Source: Pelagomonas calceolata (taxonomy: Eukaryota). From it: a stretch of DNA of 64,000 bases. Every line of letters begins with the position of its first letter. Position 1 is the first letter of the stretch. The notes below the pieces were generated by a model, which was not told the origin of the DNA, ran no database searches, and saw only the letters and a program-made list of their open reading frames with translations. Positions 1 to 9,464 of this stretch are shown piece by piece. Made by a program: the position numbers and the translations under genes. The stretch lies in assembly GCA_918797485.1 (NCBI GenBank), contig CAKKNE010000005.1, positions 2,728,001 to 2,792,000 of the forward strand, given 5' to 3'.

Positions 1-551
1 GTCTGGTCGATCGCGGCGATCGCGTCGACGCTGGCGCAGCAGCCATCGACTTCGACGTCGGCGCTCATAGTCCCCTTGAGTTTGCTCGCATCGGCGACGC
101 GTAAGGACGTGATCTGATTCGTGACGCCGTAGCCCATCTTCTCGTACATGGGGCGGCCCATGTCGGTCGCGACCCCGAGGATGACGGGACACGCCTTGCG
201 GTCGGCCGGCACCGCCCCGAGACCCGCGTTCATTAGCTTCTTGCCGAGGCCCTGGCCGCGCGCCGCCGGACTCACGAGCATCATTCCGAGGCCGTTCGCT
301 CGCTCGTAGTCCGCTCGGAAAAGGCAGCCGAGTAACTTGCCGTCGTCGCCCTCGACGACCCAGCCCGAATCGCACGCGGCGTCGGCGAGGAACGTCCACT
401 CGTCCGGTCCGTAGAAATCCCAGCCACATGCTGCTGCCAAATCCACAAGCTTGGGGACTTGTGCGAGGACCGCGGCGCGGGTCGCGAGCGGTTTCACGAG
501 AGCTGTGACGGACGAGGCCATCGCGACGGCGAGAGTCAAGCGCACACGCAT
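1..551 (-). CDS. GNAT-family N-acetyltransferase (3' end runs off the window)
   Basis: Not in the ORF track. Manual translation from ATG 551 gives MRVRLTLAVAMASS...GMMLVSPAARGQGLGKKLM...GVATDMGRPMYEKMGY, containing GNAT motif A (RGxGxG) and motif B. Confidence 0.8.
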   Translation of the reverse strand, partial: MRVRLTLAVAMASSVTALVKPLATRAAVLAQVPKLVDLAAACGWDFYGPDEWTFLADAACDSGWVVEGDDGKLLGCLFRADYERANGLGMMLVSPAARGQGLGKKLMNAGLGAVPADRKACPVILGVATDMGRPMYEKMGYGVTNQITSLRVADASKLKGTMSADVEVDGCCASVDAIAAIDQ

Positions 552-852
552 GCGACGGACGCGCTAGGAGCCTCGATTTGTCTCTTGGTCAGGAGAGCAT
601 TTCCTTGGGATCTCAGGGGCGCATACGACACGCCCAAGTGCCAAAACCGCTCGCACACACCAGAGTCCGAACGCGACTGACAACTAACGACGTCGCTTGC
701 AGCGAATCACGCCTTAGGCTGAGGCCAAAGGATCATTCAGAGCAGCTTGCGAGCGGTTACGAGGAGGGAAAGAGCGCCTTGGCCCACGCAAGGGCACGAT
801 TGGGAGGCTCTTATTCGTCGCCCACGCGCAGGCGCTAGAAATTGTCCGACCA

Positions 853-1401
853 ATGCTGTCGCGCGCCTTCGCGCGACTCGGCGCCGCCGGCCTCGTCGGC
901 GCGTCCGCCCTGTCCGCAAACGCGGCCTCGAGCCTCGCCGCGCCGAAGCAGGCCGATACACCATTCACGTTCCAGCGCATCGATCACATCGTCCTGCGTT
1001 GTCGCGACACGCAAAAGATGCTGGATTTTTACGTCGGAGTACTTGGTGCGGAGCCGGAATGGGTCGGCCGGATGGACGGGTGCTTGAGTCACTTGCGCAT
1101 CGGATCGAGCCTAATCGACCTCCAAGGTTACGAGTCGCCGGGCGGCCGAAAATTGCACGCCGGCGGCCAGGGCCTCCCCGCCGACGCGCCCGAGCCGGAG
1201 ATCGATCCCACGAAAGGAACGCTGGACCATTTCGCCATCAACCTGGCGCCATACGATGCGGAGGCGGTAACAGAGTACCTCACCGCTGCCGGCCACGCGC
1301 CCTACGCGCAGGGCCGACGCTACGGCGCGGACGGCGACGGCTACTCGATCTACCTCAAGGACCCCGAGGGCACCGTGGTAGAACTGAAATCGGGCAACTG
1401 A
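853..1401 (+). CDS. Glyoxalase/VOC-superfamily protein with organellar presequence
   Basis: RIDHIVLRC..MLDFYVGVLG, LDHFAINL and SIYLKDPEGTVVEL are typical VOC motifs. Confidence 0.85.
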   Translation: MLSRAFARLGAAGLVGASALSANAASSLAAPKQADTPFTFQRIDHIVLRCRDTQKMLDFYVGVLGAEPEWVGRMDGCLSHLRIGSSLIDLQGYESPGGRKLHAGGQGLPADAPEPEIDPTKGTLDHFAINLAPYDAEAVTEYLTAAGHAPYAQGRRYGADGDGYSIYLKDPEGTVVELKSGN

Positions 1402-1418
1402 GTAAAAACAGTATATAG

Positions 1419-2927
1419 TTATGATGCAGACACTCGCGGCGACGACGGATTCGACGGAAGCCTCCGTCGCCGGAACAGGACGAAGCACGCGCCGGGCCGC
1501 GCGGACGAAAAGTCAGGCAGCCCCGGCGGCTTCTCGTCCACAGTGAATTCGCCGAACGTCGAGAGGTTCGCGCGCTCGACGCGCCCCGGCAGCAGCTCCC
1601 GATCCATGTTGACTGCTATTTTGGCCAGTGCCGGGTCGCGCGTCCAGAGACACGCCTCGTACGCGAACTTGTCCGACGTGTTTTTGGGGGCAACACACGT
1701 CACCCCTGACGCTATAGCCCCCGGCCCGCCCAGAAGCGACGCGTCGAGCGTGTCGCGCAGCTGGCGCTGCAAGCGCGAGAACATGCGCATCTTCTCGGTC
1801 GTCGAGTTGCCGCCCCAGGGCCACGCATCCAAATCCGGCTCCTCGATGAACCGCCGCGCCCAGCCAGCCGCGTCGTCCGGCGCTCGTTCCAGGTCCTCCA
1901 GATAGAGCTCGTCCTGTTTCAGGAGGTCATCAGCTTCCCGCGCGTTCGCCTCCGCCGGCGCCTCGCCACTGAGCATCGCGTCGACATCGCGGCGCCAGTC
2001 GTCTTTGGCTGCGACCATTTTTGTTATGAGGGCTTGCGCGGCGGGGGCACTGTCGTCGGCGTCCAAAGCCGCGAGATATGCGGCTAAATTGAGCACGCCG
2101 GCCTCGAGCTGCCTTGCCTGGGCCGCCGTCGCCTGGGCCTCCCGTAACGCGTCGCGCGCGGCCTCCGCGTCTCTGCGCCGGCCATCGACCTTACGCCGCT
2201 GCTGCGCGACGCGCCGACTCTTCTGGCCGCCCCGTTGTGCAAGCTGCGCGACCCAGCCCGGCGCCGTCGACGGCGTCGTTCCCGACGCACGCAGCGCCGC
2301 GGCCGCCGCGGCCTCCGCCTCCTGGGCGTCAGCGATCAATTTGTCGGCCGGCGTCCGCACGGACCGCCTCCGCGCGACCTCGACGCACACGCCGCAGGTC
2401 CATCTCGTGGACAGGAGCCCGACGCCCGCCCGCGCCAGGCACCGCCGGTGGGCTTCGGCTGCGCAGCCCCCGGGCCGCTTGAAGCTCCGGCACGGCACGG
2501 CCTCGTCCTCGGTCCGCGTCGATTCGCCGCAATACACACAACAATCAATACGCTGGAAGGCGAGGCGCGCCTTGACGAGGTCCCAGCATCTTATGGACGG
2601 CGTCGCGCGGCGCCGCAGGTGCGCGGCGAGCGCCCGCTCCAGCAATTCGCCCTCGTTCGCGGCTTCTGGCACGAGGGCCTTGATTGTGTTTGATGCTTCA
2701 GTAAGATCTCCGGTCTCGCGCCACCGCCTCCTTTCACTCGCCGCGTTCAAGTCGACACAAACGACGGGCTGCGTCACACCAAAACGCCTTTCGTGATTCA
2801 GCGCGTTGTAGTGGGCCGCGACCGGATCGAAGGCGAAGAGCTGCTTCCGCGGTGGCGGTGCTGGCTTCTTGCGCTGCTTGGGCGGCGGCGGTGGTCGCGC
2901 TTGGAAGCCCTTGCGGGAGCCGAACAT
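1419..2927 (-). CDS. PHD-like zinc-finger and coiled-coil protein
   Basis: CVYC...C...C...H..C...WTCGVC pattern (C4HC3-like). First ATG is at 2927. Confidence 0.55.
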   Translation of the reverse strand: MFGSRKGFQARPPPPPKQRKKPAPPPRKQLFAFDPVAAHYNALNHERRFGVTQPVVCVDLNAASERRRWRETGDLTEASNTIKALVPEAANEGELLERALAAHLRRRATPSIRCWDLVKARLAFQRIDCCVYCGESTRTEDEAVPCRSFKRPGGCAAEAHRRCLARAGVGLLSTRWTCGVCVEVARRRSVRTPADKLIADAQEAEAAAAAALRASGTTPSTAPGWVAQLAQRGGQKSRRVAQQRRKVDGRRRDAEAARDALREAQATAAQARQLEAGVLNLAAYLAALDADDSAPAAQALITKMVAAKDDWRRDVDAMLSGEAPAEANAREADDLLKQDELYLEDLERAPDDAAGWARRFIEEPDLDAWPWGGNSTTEKMRMFSRLQRQLRDTLDASLLGGPGAIASGVTCVAPKNTSDKFAYEACLWTRDPALAKIAVNMDRELLPGRVERANLSTFGEFTVDEKPPGLPDFSSARPGACFVLFRRRRLPSNPSSPRVSAS

Positions 2928-3308
2928 CGTAGCCCCTCTACGAGCTACTCGTGGTGGTGCTGGTACTCGTGGTTGTGCTGGCACCGCGGGCGAGCCTGGT
3001 CGTAGCGTGTACGCGTGCGCAGCGACGAATGCGTAGGGGCAGGCTTTGCCAGGACTTTGGGCAGCCTCCGCAACAGCTCATACAATACTGAGCTATGCTC
3101 CGCAGGAACGTCGAGATGGTCCCAACTACTGAGTGAGCCGAGAGCGGAGCCGGCGCGACCAAGGCATACAAAAATCCAGCCAAACCAGGCCAGTGCCAGA
3201 GATGCCAGAGATGCCAGAAATGGCCTGCGTGCACCACCGCTATTGGGGAAATCGAGGGTTCTCTGTGCGGCCGGTACGCTCCTAATGACTCCTGGACTCG
3301 GCCCGACG

Positions 3309-3330
3309 CTAGCGGCCTGTAAGACACTAG
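3309..3330 (-). promoter_or_regulatory. 22-bp CTAG element (exact consensus)
   Basis: Reverse complement is CTAGTGTCTTACAGGCCGCTAG; lies in a divergent intergenic region. Confidence 0.7.
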
Positions 3331-3555
3331 GGAGCCAGCCTCTCGGCTCTCCTGGACATTGCCTGGCATAGAGCTGTGAATTTGTGCACTGATCGATATC
3401 GCAGTGCGCGCGCAGCAAGCAAACCGCAACCAATTCACAACAGTCAGCACGCGCGCGCCCACCGCCGCGCCTTAGCTAGCGACTGCAAAGCTCAAGACCA
3501 CTCACAGCACGCGTGCCCTCGGCGCGCCCTAAGCAATCAAGGCTGCACAAAAAAA

Positions 3556-6500
3556 ATGTCAGCGAAAGCAGTAAGAGAACACTACGGCAAGACCTTACTG
3601 GCTCGTCATTTAAGTGAGCACGGCGTCAATGTGGACGCCCGCGGCTTCCTCGTGCGGACCGACGTAAAAGAAGCGTCGAGCGAGCACACCTGGACTAATT
3701 TATTAGACGAGAACCCCTGGGCCAAGACCACGAAACTCGTCGCGAAGCCCGACCAGTTGATCAAGAGGAGGGGCAAGGCCGGTTTAGTATATGTCAACAA
3801 GACGATAAGTGAAGTGCAAGGCTGGGTGGACAGCAAGTTAGGCCAAACTGTCACAGTAGATAACGTCGAGGGCATCTTGCACACGTTTCTGGTGGAGCCC
3901 TTCGTTCCTCATCAACAAGAAGACGAGTTTTATGTGGCTATCACTTCAGATAGAGAAGGTGAGACGTTGCTGTTTTGCCGGGACGGCGGCGTGGACGTCG
4001 GCGACGTCGACGCCAAGGCGTCTCGATTAAAGTGCGGTTTGGACAACACGCCTACCCTACAAGAACTAGAACTATTTGTGCAAGACGCACCGGTAACTCG
4101 ACGGAAGCAACTCGCCCAATTCTATGGCGCTTTGTTAAAGTGCTACAGGGACCTCCACTTCACTCTGTTAGAAATTAACCCCTTGGTCGTCGACGACGAG
4201 AAGGTAACACCGCTAGATCTGGCCGCGAAGATCGACGAAACCGCGCACTTCCTCTGCCAGAGCAAGTGGGGCCCGACCGATTTACCCGCGCCGTTTGGTA
4301 GGCCCGAGTTCCCGGAAGAGGCCTATATTCGCTCGTTGGATGCCAAGACCGGTGCTTCATTAAAACTAACAATCTTAAATGTGACTGGTCGAGTGTGGAC
4401 GCTCGTCGCGGGTGGTGGGGCTTCTGTGGTCTACGCCGATACGATATGTGACCTGGGTTTTGCGCATGAATTGGCGAACTACGGGGAATATTCCGGTGCA
4501 CCAACAGATGAACAGACCTTCAATTATGCCAGAACCGTGCTAGGCTTGATGACGCGTACGCGCAGGGACGACGGCAAAGTACTCATAGTAGGCGGCGGCA
4601 TCGCGAACTTTACGGATGTGGCCGCTACTTTTCGTGGGTTGGTCAAAGCTCTCAAAATGTACCGTGATGAGTTGTTAGCTGGAAATATCAAGATATATAT
4701 CAGAAGGGCGGGCCCGAACTACCAGGAGGGCCTCAAGATGATGTTGAAATTGAGGCAGGAGTCCGGGCTATTTATACGGGTGTTTGGGCCGGAGCAGGAC
4801 GCCGTGAGCGTCTGCCCCTTGGCCCTCGGTCTCGTCCCGGAGGACTCGTTGCAGGACTTCGATCCTGATAGGAGAGAAGTGAAGGTCGACGAAAAGGCCA
4901 AAGTACAACCTCCTCCAGTACCTGGTTCACCGGTGCCGCGCTCGCCGCAACGGACCTTCTCGGCCGGCTCGCTGTCGTCTTTATCACTGGACGCCATGAG
5001 CCAGACGCAGTTCTCTGATAAAACTAGATGTATTGTGTACGGGCTGCAAGCTAGGGCGGTGCAGGGCATGCTGGACTTCGACTTCATGTGTAAGCGGAAG
5101 AAGCCGTCGGTCGCGGCGATGGTCTACCCGTTCCAAGGGGCTCATTATTCCAAGTTCTACTGGGGCACGGAGGAGACGTTGGTGCCCGTGTATCCTTCCT
5201 TACAACAAGCTTGTAGTAAACATCAGGACGCGTCGGTGTTGGTTAACTTCGCGTCGTACCGAAGCGTGTACGATACGTGTATCGATGCGTTTGACCATCC
5301 CCAGTTACGAACATTAGCTATCATCGCCGAAGGCGTGCCGGAGAGGCAGACCAGGGAGATCATCGCGAGAGCCGCAGAAAAGCAGGTGGCGTTAATAGGC
5401 CCAGCAACGGTAGGCGGCATCAAGCCAGGCTGTTTCCGGATCGGGAACACGGGCGGCATGCTCGACAACATCGTGCTGTCGAAATTATATAGACCTGGGT
5501 CTGTCGGTTATGTTTCTAAGAGCGGTGGCATGTCGAACGAACTCAACAATATTATCTGCAAGAATTCGGACGGCGTCTGTGAAGGTGTGGCCATCGGCGG
5601 CGACGCCTATCCCGGGAGTCGCTTTGTCGACCACTTACTACGATACGAAAACAATGAAGACTGCAAGATTTTAGTTTTATTAGGTGAAGTAGGTGGTGCG
5701 GACGAGTACGACGTCTGCGAAGCGATTACGTCCGGTCGCATCACGAAACCATTGATAGCGTGGTGCATCGGGACGTGTGCTTCGGCTTTTAGTTTTGAGG
5801 TGCAATTCGGCCATGCGGGCGCTTGTGCCCGCGGCCGCGGGGAAGATGCTCGTTCTAAGAATCAAGCTTTACTACAAGCGGGCGCCGTCGTCCCTCGGTC
5901 ATTTGCGGAGTTCGGCGATGCTATCAAGAAGGTCTACGAGGGATTGGTAACAAAAGGTACTATCATACCTAAGCCCGAACCGGACATCCCGAGGGTACCC
6001 CTCGACTACACGTGGGCTAAGAGGTTAGGAATGGTTAGGAAGCCGGCCAATTTTATCTCTACCATATCAGATGATCGAGGGGAAGAGCTCAAGTACGCTG
6101 GCGTTCCCATCTCTGAAGTCTTTGCCGAGAACTTAGGTGTGGGCGGCGTGCTATGCTTACTATGGTTCAAGAAGCGACTACCAGCTTATGCTACTAAATT
6201 TGTAGAAATGGTGCTCATGGTGACCGCGGACCACGGCCCAGCAGTAGCAGGTGCCCACAACACTATTGTGGCGGCACGAGCCGGCAAGGACTTGGTGTCG
6301 TCATTAGCGTCCGGGTTACTCACGGTAGGACCTCGCTTCGGCGGCGCCCTCGATGGAGCGGCTCGCATGATGACCGACGCCCTGGATCGGGGCATCTCTC
6401 CATTAGATTTCGTGACCGAGTGCAAGAAGAAGAACAAGTTGATCATGGGTATTGGTCATAGAATAAAATCGCTGGAGAACCCTGATAAACGAGTTTCGAT

Positions 6501-6831
6501 TATTAAAGAGTATGCTCTACAACATTTCCCGAAGACGCCTACCCTCAACTTCGCTCTACAAGTGGAACAGATAACAACTCAAAAAAGATCGAACCTCATA
6601 CTGAATGTCGATGGCTGCATCGCCGTTTGTTTTGTCGATCTTCTTAGACATTGTGGGGCGATGAGCGTGGAGGAGGCCGACGAACTTATTGGAGATGGGT
6701 GTCTGAACGGGCTCTTTGTCTTAGGTCGGTCGATCGGGTTCATTGGGCATCATTTAGATCAGAAGCGCCTGAAGCAGCCGTTGTATCGGCACCCGTGGGA
6801 CGACATCTCGTACATCTCCGACGACCTCTGA
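3556..6831 (+). CDS. ACLY: ATP-citrate lyase, single-chain (fused beta and alpha subunits)
   Basis: MSAKAVREH..KPDQLIKRRGK, AGGGASVVY, catalytic FGHAGA, ADHGPAVAG, C-terminal YRHPWDDISY. ATG at 3556. Confidence 0.97.
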   Translation: MSAKAVREHYGKTLLARHLSEHGVNVDARGFLVRTDVKEASSEHTWTNLLDENPWAKTTKLVAKPDQLIKRRGKAGLVYVNKTISEVQGWVDSKLGQTVTVDNVEGILHTFLVEPFVPHQQEDEFYVAITSDREGETLLFCRDGGVDVGDVDAKASRLKCGLDNTPTLQELELFVQDAPVTRRKQLAQFYGALLKCYRDLHFTLLEINPLVVDDEKVTPLDLAAKIDETAHFLCQSKWGPTDLPAPFGRPEFPEEAYIRSLDAKTGASLKLTILNVTGRVWTLVAGGGASVVYADTICDLGFAHELANYGEYSGAPTDEQTFNYARTVLGLMTRTRRDDGKVLIVGGGIANFTDVAATFRGLVKALKMYRDELLAGNIKIYIRRAGPNYQEGLKMMLKLRQESGLFIRVFGPEQDAVSVCPLALGLVPEDSLQDFDPDRREVKVDEKAKVQPPPVPGSPVPRSPQRTFSAGSLSSLSLDAMSQTQFSDKTRCIVYGLQARAVQGMLDFDFMCKRKKPSVAAMVYPFQGAHYSKFYWGTEETLVPVYPSLQQACSKHQDASVLVNFASYRSVYDTCIDAFDHPQLRTLAIIAEGVPERQTREIIARAAEKQVALIGPATVGGIKPGCFRIGNTGGMLDNIVLSKLYRPGSVGYVSKSGGMSNELNNIICKNSDGVCEGVAIGGDAYPGSRFVDHLLRYENNEDCKILVLLGEVGGADEYDVCEAITSGRITKPLIAWCIGTCASAFSFEVQFGHAGACARGRGEDARSKNQALLQAGAVVPRSFAEFGDAIKKVYEGLVTKGTIIPKPEPDIPRVPLDYTWAKRLGMVRKPANFISTISDDRGEELKYAGVPISEVFAENLGVGGVLCLLWFKKRLPAYATKFVEMVLMVTADHGPAVAGAHNTIVAARAGKDLVSSLASGLLTVGPRFGGALDGAARMMTDALDRGISPLDFVTECKKKNKLIMGIGHRIKSLENPDKRVSIIKEYALQHFPKTPTLNFALQVEQITTQKRSNLILNVDGCIAVCFVDLLRHCGAMSVEEADELIGDGCLNGLFVLGRSIGFIGHHLDQKRLKQPLYRHPWDDISYISDDL

Positions 6832-6908
6832 TATGAGGCTAAGTGATCCGTGTATTTATTTATTTGGGTAGGGTGCCTCGATGGCGTAATCCACGAGCTC
6901 CCAATTCA

Positions 6909-6930
6909 CTAGTATCTTACAGGCCGCTAG
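6909..6930 (+). promoter_or_regulatory. 22-bp CTAG element (1 mismatch)
   Basis: CTAGTATCTTACAGGCCGCTAG, 159 bp before ATG 7089. Confidence 0.7.
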
Positions 6931-7088
6931 CTGATTGCGAGTGCAGCGCCGCAGATCAGCGCATTTATTGCAATCAACTCGGTGCAGCCGTGATAACAAC
7001 GATTTTTAGTCTCTCTACTGGTCCGACGTCAATCGCTGCCAGTCCAGGCGCCGCCAAAGGCGCACTGCACACTGCTGCACAGTGCAGC

Positions 7089-7939
7089 ATGGCTCGCCGC
7101 GCCCTCGCGGCCGCGGCGATTTTCACGAGGCAAGCGAGCGCCCTCGCCTACGACGCGCGCTTCCGCAGCAAGGTCGACGGCCTCGTGGCCCGACGGCGCG
7201 GCGACCTGTTGGTTGTTCTCGAGGACTGCACCGACCCAGCGAACGCTGCGAGCATCGCACGAGTCTGCGACGGCTTCGGCGTGCCGGAGCTGCTGTTCGT
7301 GACGTCGCGCGCGCCGGCGCCGAAGTTCGACCCCCGCGGCGAGGGGCTGCGGCGGCTCAGCGCGTCGGCGACGCAGTGGGTCAAGCTCACGTCCTATTCG
7401 TCGGTCGACGCCAGTGCATAAATCAAACCGTCGCGGCGCATCAGCTCAATTCAGCCAGCACAGTGCATCCGAATCACTGCTTTATTTGCGCACAGGTCGA
7501 CGCGTGCTACGACCGCCTCCGGCGCGACGGCTTCGCAAGTGCGGCGTGCGTCATGGACGAGGATGCGGTGTTGCTGCCGGCGACGGACGACGACCTCGCG
7601 CGCCGCGATTTACTCGGCGGCGGTCCGCTCGCGCTCTGGTTTGGCACGGAGAGTCGGGGTCTCTCGCCCGCCGCCGTGAGCGGCGCCGACCGCAAGGTGC
7701 TCATCCCGATGGTGGGACAAGTGGAGTCGTTTAACCTCGCCGCTGCCGCGGCCATAATCGTCGCCGAGACGTGCCGGCTCGCCGGGCCCTCACAAATACC
7801 ACCACAAAAAAACCTCGCGGAGGACCTTTTGGAGCAACACTCATCCTGGCACGAGCCGCAGCGGCGCCTGCGACGACGAACGGCAGCCGCGGCGCGCGGC
7901 GAGATATTTAGACAAAGGCGGCGGGCGGATGCTGGCTAA
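7089..7939 (+). CDS. SpoU/TrmH-family RNA 2'-O-methyltransferase, 2 exons (7089-7403, 7496-7939)
   Basis: VVLEDCTDPANAASIARVCDGFG in exon 1; LWFGTESRGLS and IPMVGQVESFNLAAA in exon 2. Removing the phase-0 intron joins the two frames. Confidence 0.9.
7404..7495 (+). mobile_element. Introner-type intron with perfect 8-bp TSD
   Basis: GTCGACGC at 7404-7411 and 7496-7503; element CAGTGCATAAATCA...TTTATTTGCGCACAG; GT-AG. Confidence 0.88.
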
Positions 7940-7961
7940 TTTGTATTGTTAAAACCGACAC

Positions 7962-8999
7962 CTAGGACGGCGACGACTCCTCGGGCGGCGACGTGTGCCA
8001 CGTGACGTCGTCGGGCACGTCGCGGCAAACTTTGGTTCCTTTCGCTCCACTCATCAGCTCGGCGGCGTCGTTCAAATCCCCGATGATGGCCCACGCGCCC
8101 GGCTTCGAACTGCCTTCGACGAAAGAAATGGCGGCGCTGATCTTGGGGCCCATGCTGCCCGGGAACTTCTGGCCCGTCTTCCTCGCTTTGAGGTACTTCG
8201 GCGTGACGGCCTTCATTTCTCTTCCATCAGGCTTGCCGAAGTTGTGCCAGATACCTCCGCCATCCGTCAAAATAATAAACCCATCAGCCTCGAGTTCGCG
8301 CGCCATCAATGCGCCTGTAGCGTCCTTGTCCACCACAGCTTCGACGCCGACGACGTCCCCGAACACACGAGAGACCGGAGCGCCGCCGCCGCCGCCCGCG
8401 ACGACCAGTCCTGGATAGTTGTTCTCGAGCAACGTCCGAGCCGCATCCAGCTGCAACACCGCAATGGGCTTGGGAGACGCCACAACCCTCCTATAATATT
8501 CGCCGTCCTGCTTGATGGTCCAATCTAACTGATTGGCCAGAGCTTCGGCCTCCTTGAAGCCGTAGACGGGTCCCACATACTTGGTAGGGTTATCGAAGGC
8601 CTTGTCGCCGGCATCCACAGCCGTTTGGGTGACGATGCACGCCGCATCGACACCCGCACTCTGGAACGCCTGGGCTAGGACGTATCCAATTTGACCTTGA
8701 GACTCGGCGCCCAAGACATCAAACGTGGCTGCAGATCTCTCTAAAGCTAACTCACCAACTTGCGGCCCATTCCCATGCGTGAGTAACACTTGATGGCCCG
8801 CCTGGCGCAATGCTAGGATGGAGGGCACCATTTGTTTTGCGGCTTTTAACATGTTTTCGATGGTCAGCCGGTCGCCTCGCCGCTGCAGGGCGTTGCCTCC
8901 TACTGCCACAACAATGCGTTGCGGCGGCACTGACGGTGTGGCGTCATCACTTAACAAGCGTACGGTGCGTCTTGTTCTCCTCGCGAGGCGGGCCAGCAT
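7962..8999 (-). CDS. arcC: Carbamate kinase with mitochondrial-type presequence
   Basis: IVVAVGGNAL, THGNGPQVG, PTKYVGP, RRVVASPKP, EAVVDKD, GSMGPKI; Arg-rich N-terminus. Confidence 0.92.
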   Translation of the reverse strand: MLARLARRTRRTVRLLSDDATPSVPPQRIVVAVGGNALQRRGDRLTIENMLKAAKQMVPSILALRQAGHQVLLTHGNGPQVGELALERSAATFDVLGAESQGQIGYVLAQAFQSAGVDAACIVTQTAVDAGDKAFDNPTKYVGPVYGFKEAEALANQLDWTIKQDGEYYRRVVASPKPIAVLQLDAARTLLENNYPGLVVAGGGGGAPVSRVFGDVVGVEAVVDKDATGALMARELEADGFIILTDGGGIWHNFGKPDGREMKAVTPKYLKARKTGQKFPGSMGPKISAAISFVEGSSKPGAWAIIGDLNDAAELMSGAKGTKVCRDVPDDVTWHTSPPEESSPS

Positions 9000-9464
9000 C
9001 TTGTTGTACTTGCTCTCCCTAACTACTCTTTGTGCTTCCTTGCGAATCTGCTACTTTTGCAGCAATGTTTGCAGACCGTATTGGTTTCGCGTGTTGTTGC
9101 AGGCAACGCGTGGGGCGTTTGCACTGCCTCGCCGGCGGCACTCAAATGGCTTAAAAGAGAGCAATTGCTAAAGTTGCTAAAATCACAACTCGCCAGAGCT
9201 CCTGCCGCGGCAACCACCGCGTAGAGCGCTATGAACGGCTCCGCTTTCAAGCCCGCCCCGCCACGCAGCGCGTCTCAGCAAGGAGGCGCAGCGGCATTGC
9301 GTACACCCACTTTGCTACGGTGCTGTGCGGACCGGCTGCCCACCGTACGCCGCGAAACGATAGGCAGGCACCGCCGGCCGGCGGTGGAGCACGCTTTCGC
9401 CGGCGCGCGCGCGGTAGACACAAGGCCCAGCAGCCCCAAAAGGCGCACGCAGCGCTGCCGCATC

